Below are positions 59,401 to 64,000 of a stretch of 64,000 nt of DNA, piece by piece (position 1 is the stretch's first letter; every line of letters starts with the position of its first letter). The notes under the pieces are model-generated. The model did not search any database, was not told where the DNA came from, and worked only from the letters and a program-made list of their open reading frames with translations. This DNA is from Oopsacas minuta (lineage: Eukaryota > Animalia > Porifera). Where the stretch lies: contig JAKMXF010000354.1 in NCBI GenBank assembly GCA_024704765.1, positions 667,690 through 731,689 of the forward strand, given 5' to 3'. The position numbers and the translations under genes are program-made.

Positions 59401-62354
59401 ATATCTGCCTCTACTAGGGAGTCCTGACTTCCCATCCTCAAACGGGAGTATTTTGTCAAGTTTGAGCCCAGTGTGTCCATCTCAACTGATCCCACAGAAG
59501 GTCTGAGATCTTTTGGAAGCAATGCATAAGTTGGATTTTCTAATTCTTCTTCTACTTTCAATTTCTTCTTAGAGGCTCTGAAATAGAACACAATGCAAAT
59601 GAAGAAACTTATTACTCCACACACAACTATTGTAATTCCTGCTAGGAATGCACCAATAATTGGAAATTTGTACTCATCCAGAGTTTCTCCCAGAGAACTT
59701 GCGTTGTTAGGTGTACATGTTATTGCGTTCTCGTCCAGTCCGTAATTGGGCGGGCACTCGATCAAACATTTACCATCTAATTTCGCGAAGAGACACTCAG
59801 TACAATCATCTATACTCGTGCAAGCTTTACATAAAGGATCGCAAGCTAAGCACTCCGAGATAGTACTATGTTCCCCATAGAATCCTTCATAGCATTCTCC
59901 TGTACATGTTGCATTGGATACTCCCCACATTGTGAAGAAGTTAGGATCATTACAAGCAGTACAGTTGTATTTTCCTGAACCGTCACAGGTTCCGCATGAA
60001 CCGTGACAAAGAGCGCAATTAGCACTGGAATCTTCGTATTTACCATCACCGCAAGCTTCAACACATTCACCCTCATCATTAAAATTCCGACACTCAGTAC
60101 AATCAAAAGAAGTTGGACCAGTACATCCTATACACTCTTGATTGCATGATTTGCATTCCTTTATCGCTACGTACATATTTGCCTCGCATGTTTCCACACA
60201 AACATCATTATTGATGAAATACTTGCAAGTCAAACAATTCTCAACTCCTGGGCCGCTACATGATTCACATAAGGAGTCACAGGGCCGACATACTTTGATA
60301 TCAGTATCAGAAATGCTTGTGTCTGGAACAACCTCTGATACTGATTCTGTCCGTTCATAGAAACTAATACCAGGACATATGTCACCTGCAATACACCCAA
60401 TTTGATTGTCTTCCTCATCCATTACGATTCTACCACACAAGTTGCATCCTCCATCAGATATCGTTATATTGGGGCCAGTACAACCCATAACACACAAGCT
60501 GTTACATGTTATACAGGTCTTAGCCTCATCTATGAAATTATTGTCGGGACAGGATTCAACACACTCATTATTATATTTGACATATACACATGCATCACAG
60601 GTGAAACTTGTAGCGTCAGTGCATGAATTGAGACATTGTATATTGCAAGGAGAGCAAGTTTTTGTTTCTATGTTTGAAAATACATGCGGTATCCCTGAAC
60701 AGTTTCTTACACATGTACGTTCATGTAAGAAGTTCCTACAGCTGACACAACGTGTTGGTCCTGGTCCCCAGCAGCGGTGTTCTGGTTCACACTCGTAATC
60801 ACATGTACAATTAGGATCATCAGGATAATCAGCTGGGTTACTCAGTGAAATTTCACCCTCAGGTCTGAACACGGTCAGATTAGCGAGATAGCATAAATTG
60901 GAGTTGAATAATACAGATATGATTCCTGCGTTAACTGTTTGCAAAGCTGACAAGTCAATGTATTCAAAGTTATTAAAGCCAATAACCACTGAAGAGGTAC
61001 CCGATAAATAAAATGTATTTCCTTCTATTATCTGTAAATTCCGTAGAAAATCAAACACGTTTATACTAGCAGGAGAGTGTAGTATTGCCAGATAACCTGT
61101 AATCTCTGTAATACTCTCCAAATATCTCAATCCCGTCTCATTGATTCCTTCATATGTAGCGCTGTTTATTACAATTGGCCCATTCACTCTTGTGCAGTTT
61201 TCAAACAAATGTACTGTATCTACTTCTAATGCATTAGAAACACCGTTAATATCAGTTCCATTACATTCTACCGGACAAGCACTTCCACATTTTTGACATT
61301 TCAACACACCACCGTCTACAACTTGAGTATATTCCGCTGGACATCTCAATACACATTCCTCATCAAATTGTATGTAATTTCCTATACACTCTGGTACACA
61401 GAATTTGTCTAACGTGAATTTACCATCTGGATTCAACTCAGCCATGAGTGTTGTGGGGTTTAATACAAACTGTGGTGGACAAGTTTCTACACAAATCTCG
61501 TCATTATACTTATCCCTACAGCCATAGCATTGATCTGCTCCTGGACCGTAACACCCTCCCAAACAGAATTCATGACAACACAACCCCTGGTCTACGTCAT
61601 AACATCCTGAAAGTGGATTGCATAAAGTACAACTCCCTAATGAGTAGGAGGAAGTCAGTATTTGGCAATTGCTCATATTCCAACACGCATCTTCTAAGCA
61701 CTGTTCACACAACGATTCCGTTAATGTTACATTGCATTCGCTCGCTAGATCTAAAATTACAGTATTATCATAGTTCATACTTACTTCTACATCAATTCGA
61801 AATATTATTTCATCCGTCCTTAGAAGTTCTATCCAATTAATTCCGTATAAGTTACAGCCTGTGTTTGGATCTAAGATTTCCTTAGTAATATCAACAGCCC
61901 CTGTCACATCTCTGTTCTCTAAGATTCCTACTGTGTGTGCCGCTATGTATGTGAGTTGTGGGAATAGGATCTGGTCTATTGTGCAATTTGTGAAGAAAAT
62001 GGCATACTTTTGAGTCCCGAAGCTTGGAATAAATGGGTCTCTTCCTTCTATTATTCTTAATCGTGGTAGTATTAGCTCAGGGGTTTTTACGTTAGAGAAA
62101 AGTATGTGTCCAGTGACTTCTTCTAATTGGTTGAGGAATGAAAAGTTGGAATTCTGGAGTTCTGGAGAAGAACTATCCAAGAATATCGATAAAGTTCCAA
62201 GAATCCGTCGACAACCGCAATATTCGTCATCAAAATAGGACAATGGCTGTATATTCACTAGTAGCTTACTTATGCATAGTTCTCGTACAGGACATTGTCC
62301 TAATGTAAAAGTAATTAAACCTGAAAAAAGCAATATTTTTACGAAGATTAACAT
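56445..62354 (-). CDS. EGFR/ErbB-family receptor tyrosine kinase (1969 aa)
   Basis: Signal peptide; two L-domains (LEEVTGHIL...LPRLRIIEG; ITEITGYL...LRNLQIIEG); many furin-like Cys repeats; TM; kinase LGKGAFGIVYRG, VAIK, HRDLASRN, KISDFG, KIPVRWMPLES, SDIWSYG; long Tyr-rich tail; intronless. Confidence 0.92.
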   Translation of the reverse strand: MLIFVKILLFSGLITFTLGQCPVRELCISKLLVNIQPLSYFDDEYCGCRRILGTLSIFLDSSSPELQNSNFSFLNQLEEVTGHILFSNVKTPELILPRLRIIEGRDPFIPSFGTQKYAIFFTNCTIDQILFPQLTYIAAHTVGILENRDVTGAVDITKEILDPNTGCNLYGINWIELLRTDEIIFRIDVEVSMNYDNTVILDLASECNVTLTESLCEQCLEDACWNMSNCQILTSSYSLGSCTLCNPLSGCYDVDQGLCCHEFCLGGCYGPGADQCYGCRDKYNDEICVETCPPQFVLNPTTLMAELNPDGKFTLDKFCVPECIGNYIQFDEECVLRCPAEYTQVVDGGVLKCQKCGSACPVECNGTDINGVSNALEVDTVHLFENCTRVNGPIVINSATYEGINETGLRYLESITEITGYLAILHSPASINVFDFLRNLQIIEGNTFYLSGTSSVVIGFNNFEYIDLSALQTVNAGIISVLFNSNLCYLANLTVFRPEGEISLSNPADYPDDPNCTCDYECEPEHRCWGPGPTRCVSCRNFLHERTCVRNCSGIPHVFSNIETKTCSPCNIQCLNSCTDATSFTCDACVYVKYNNECVESCPDNNFIDEAKTCITCNSLCVMGCTGPNITISDGGCNLCGRIVMDEEDNQIGCIAGDICPGISFYERTESVSEVVPDTSISDTDIKVCRPCDSLCESCSGPGVENCLTCKYFINNDVCVETCEANMYVAIKECKSCNQECIGCTGPTSFDCTECRNFNDEGECVEACGDGKYEDSSANCALCHGSCGTCDGSGKYNCTACNDPNFFTMWGVSNATCTGECYEGFYGEHSTISECLACDPLCKACTSIDDCTECLFAKLDGKCLIECPPNYGLDENAITCTPNNASSLGETLDEYKFPIIGAFLAGITIVVCGVISFFICIVFYFRASKKKLKVEEELENPTYALLPKDLRPSVGSVEMDTLGSNLTKYSRLRMGSQDSLVEADMTQLVIADLTRIEKKEVLGKGAFGIVYRGVWLPVDGEPVMVAIKELNQDAPIEDMQELIKEAVLLAKMRNKYLVRFYCLCMARQLMVINELVQGGSLLDYLKIEGKYLTPSIRLTFMQQIASGMNYLESRRLVHRDLASRNCLVASNELVKISDFGMSRILDVGEDQYISSGGKIPVRWMPLESIFYKQYSHKSDIWSYGITVWEILTSAKRPYGNVKPQQVIELLVSGDRLEQPKNCSSKLYHLLNQCWIDKPDDRISFESLSHQLQEMLNEPSLYVYGDPDHGMRSESRDSSIVPDYEEIDDEVMAYLVTTQVQILVRDAINGKRGGLNYENLRVSKQLTGDQFSNRDNTAGASFIPPPAQSDDINEYSLANDSTTQKVEVYQNISSNLNTDSTAVEIPESDYMLANDVVSKTGANNSSNFLSPNHYIEGESSVSNRTSKTDSGSEYMQSNDIYVTDTKNSSDYLETRSSKNYKKMDVYINPYSDVKLKSNLDKTAIQEKATDYVTPTLERTAQAGYYETNPDLERTATAGYLENNPDVKRTAPTEYLDSTNPTLERIATAGYLETNPEVERTAPSEYLDSNPTLERTAQADYLETNAEVERTVASEYLDSNPTLERTAPTGYLGTNPDVKRTAPSEYLDSNPTLERTAQADYLETNAEVERTVASEYLDSNPTLERTAPTGYLGTNPDVKRTAPSEYLDSNPTLERTAQADYLETNLEVERTVASEYLDSNPTLERTAPTGYLGTNPDVKRTAPSEYLDFNPTLERTAQADYLETNPEVERTVPTEYLGNIGTLYESLDPKTMAYQEKSNETIEYVNQERINSKKASALKKESQSRFPNTVVLDDATYMEIDGNATIVPPTISPPAVNNNLGQEPVHEYEDIDDDIPNHEYSKADDVITPKFLENARLKQPHTNNGNLSSEYSYVDQDTLTSEVAQQLTQSRGLKSKEPHYVTTILKSIPDPDNFPFEEKNPLYSSFNDSSK
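57031..57895 (-). repeat. Coding tandem array of 45-bp units in 180-bp higher-order repeats (RTK tail)
   Basis: Lines starting 57121, 57301 and 57481 are identical; about 20 units of roughly 15 aa, each with a Tyr. Confidence 0.95.
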
Positions 62355-62723
62355 TTTTCACGTCAATAACTTTTCACCAAATATTCTTCTTTATACTCTT
62401 TGCATTTCTATCACGGCATAATAATGTAGGCATCTTTTCAATATAGGGCATACTCAATTGCTGAAACATAATACATTAACATAGGTCATACCGAGAATGC
62501 TTTACTCGTCCTTACTTGTATATGATTTGGATATTATATTCCAGTTGAATATGCAATTTCTTTGAAATTGAGCTCATGTATCCTTTGTCACTAAATTAGT
62601 GGAAATCTTTACAACTCATTATATTTCTCCAAATACCTCAAATCACACATATTAAATCATTTATCAATTTATAGTATTAGCTAGAATCTTTGGAATATTA
62701 TTAATTAAAGTAGTCTTTCAGTT

Positions 62724-63449
62724 ATGGCTAATACTGTAATAAACACAGCACCAGAAATGGTGCTGTTACAAATACGTTGTCCTTCAACAGGGCAAATTAC
62801 AGAAAAGAGATTTGACAACTCGATATCTGTTGGGGAATTGAAAGGGAAGTTAGAACTAATAACAGGCATGTTAGGTTCTACGATGGATCTGGGACTATAC
62901 TCCAAAACTAATGCATACGTTTGTGGTTTGATTGATAACATGAAGCCTCTCTCTGCTTACAATGTAGCGGAGGATATGGTAGTTGAAGTAACCAGTAGTG
63001 ATCCTAAAAGTAAAGTCATAGATTTCAGTGATCCTAACTTTCAGCGCTACGAACTCAACGAAGACGACTACGATAAGCGACCTGGGACGGTAAGGGCTTT
63101 CCTAAAACAGAACCAGCTGGGTACATTCAGTGGTAAAGCTGCACCAAAGGCGAACGAAGATGACGGTAAGGAAGAAGCGGAAAAATTGTCACTCAAGTCA
63201 CGCTGTTTAGTTACTATGCCTAATCAATCTGGCAAAAAGGGTGTGATCATATATATCGGTAAAACTGATTTCAAAGAAGGTTATTGGGTTGGGGTTCGGT
63301 ATGATGAGCCTGTAGGGAAAAACGATGGGAGTGTAAATGGCAAAAGGTACTTTGAATGTCAAGCGAAACACGGAGGATTTGTTAAGCCTAAGTATGTAAC
63401 CATGGGGGACTATCCTGAAGACACATATTCAGATGATGATGAAATGTGA
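62724..63449 (+). CDS. TBCB: Tubulin-folding cofactor B (UBL + CAP-Gly)
   Basis: EKRFD...KGKLELITG, YELNEDDYDKRPGTVRAFLK, CAP-Gly GYWVGVRYDEPVGKNDGSVNGKRYFEC. Confidence 0.95.
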   Translation: MANTVINTAPEMVLLQIRCPSTGQITEKRFDNSISVGELKGKLELITGMLGSTMDLGLYSKTNAYVCGLIDNMKPLSAYNVAEDMVVEVTSSDPKSKVIDFSDPNFQRYELNEDDYDKRPGTVRAFLKQNQLGTFSGKAAPKANEDDGKEEAEKLSLKSRCLVTMPNQSGKKGVIIYIGKTDFKEGYWVGVRYDEPVGKNDGSVNGKRYFECQAKHGGFVKPKYVTMGDYPEDTYSDDDEM

Positions 63450-64000
63450 TAGTCTCATCAGCCTATGCTTACCAGCAACTTTAATTTCTCCTCTCGAGAG
63501 GCTATAAAACTTGATAATAGAAGCTAGATTCATATATTCAATTGTGTACCCAATGTCTAAAGTTACACTAAATACACGTAATTAGTATAGCAATTTGTAT
63601 GCTCTTATTCTTGTATATCAGTCCAAGGTAGTGCTATTTGTTATTTGTTCAGTTTTTTTCATTTAATAATAATAATTGTTCTTAACATAATACTCAAGTA
63701 TTTATTGTTTCTAATATCTTACAACAAAATACTGTTAACAACCCTTAGGGAAAATCAAAATCTGTTCGAGATAGCGTATGTTCGAGTTAACGGATGTTGA
63801 GTGTATTTACATAATTATTCACGTCCTACCCTCCATTTGATTGATTATTCATAAAACATACCAAATTAGTACTTATAAATGCTTGAAATAGAAATTTTGT
63901 CTTTTTGTGATTGTAATGTTGTCAATTCTATCAGTAAACAGACTTATCATTGTTTCACGTATTTTCTGCAATCGAATGGGTGTTGATATTTCCCTATATG

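Noticed and set aside
63740-63805. Tigger-like terminal fragment (gttcgagttaacggatgttgagtgta)
   Set aside because: Only one end is visible and no partner TIR was found, so it is too weak to list as a feature.
1-64000. tRNA, rRNA or snRNA genes
   Set aside because: No cloverleaf, rRNA or snRNA signature recognised by eye; a covariance-model scan (tRNAscan-SE, Infernal/Rfam) would be needed to exclude them.

Overview
Gene-dense, AT-rich eukaryotic window with short GT-AG introns (about 50-70 nt). The gene content (EGFR-family RTK, TRPM, TRIM-NHL, RECK-like, beta-helix/multi-TM receptor) indicates an animal. The compactness suggests an early-branching animal such as a sponge; this is inference, not proven. 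I can support about 23 protein-coding loci: UTP20 (3' part), UBL7-like, a multi-exon RasGEF, SLC25A17, CUL3, a divergent H2A, STXBP/Munc18, CYB5R4, a RECK-like pseudogene, a divergent actin, a mucin-like membrane protein, an apparently intact RECK-like gene, ACP5, a Pmp-like beta-helix multi-TM protein, TRPM, TRIM-NHL, POLR2F, VPS29, an orphan ORF, ZUP1, a domesticated hAT/ZBED, COPS9-like, PIGH, an EGFR-like RTK and TBCB. There are also several TA-flanked MITEs and two trinucleotide microsatellites. The most notable signals are: (1) an eight-gene co-directional array with 64-541 bp gaps and an AG splice-acceptor-like site right before most start codons, suggesting operons resolved by SL trans-splicing; (2) a RasGEF whose scattered exons splice into a PX-like domain; (3) an EGFR-like kinase with about 20 tandem one-tyrosine repeats in its tail; (4) RECK-like genes lacking the cysteine-knot repeats and carrying a furin-type site near the anchor; (5) a short, highly divergent H2A. 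An exact Tn5/Nextera mosaic end at 52642 is probably an assembly artefact. All homology calls are from recalled motifs; no database search was run.
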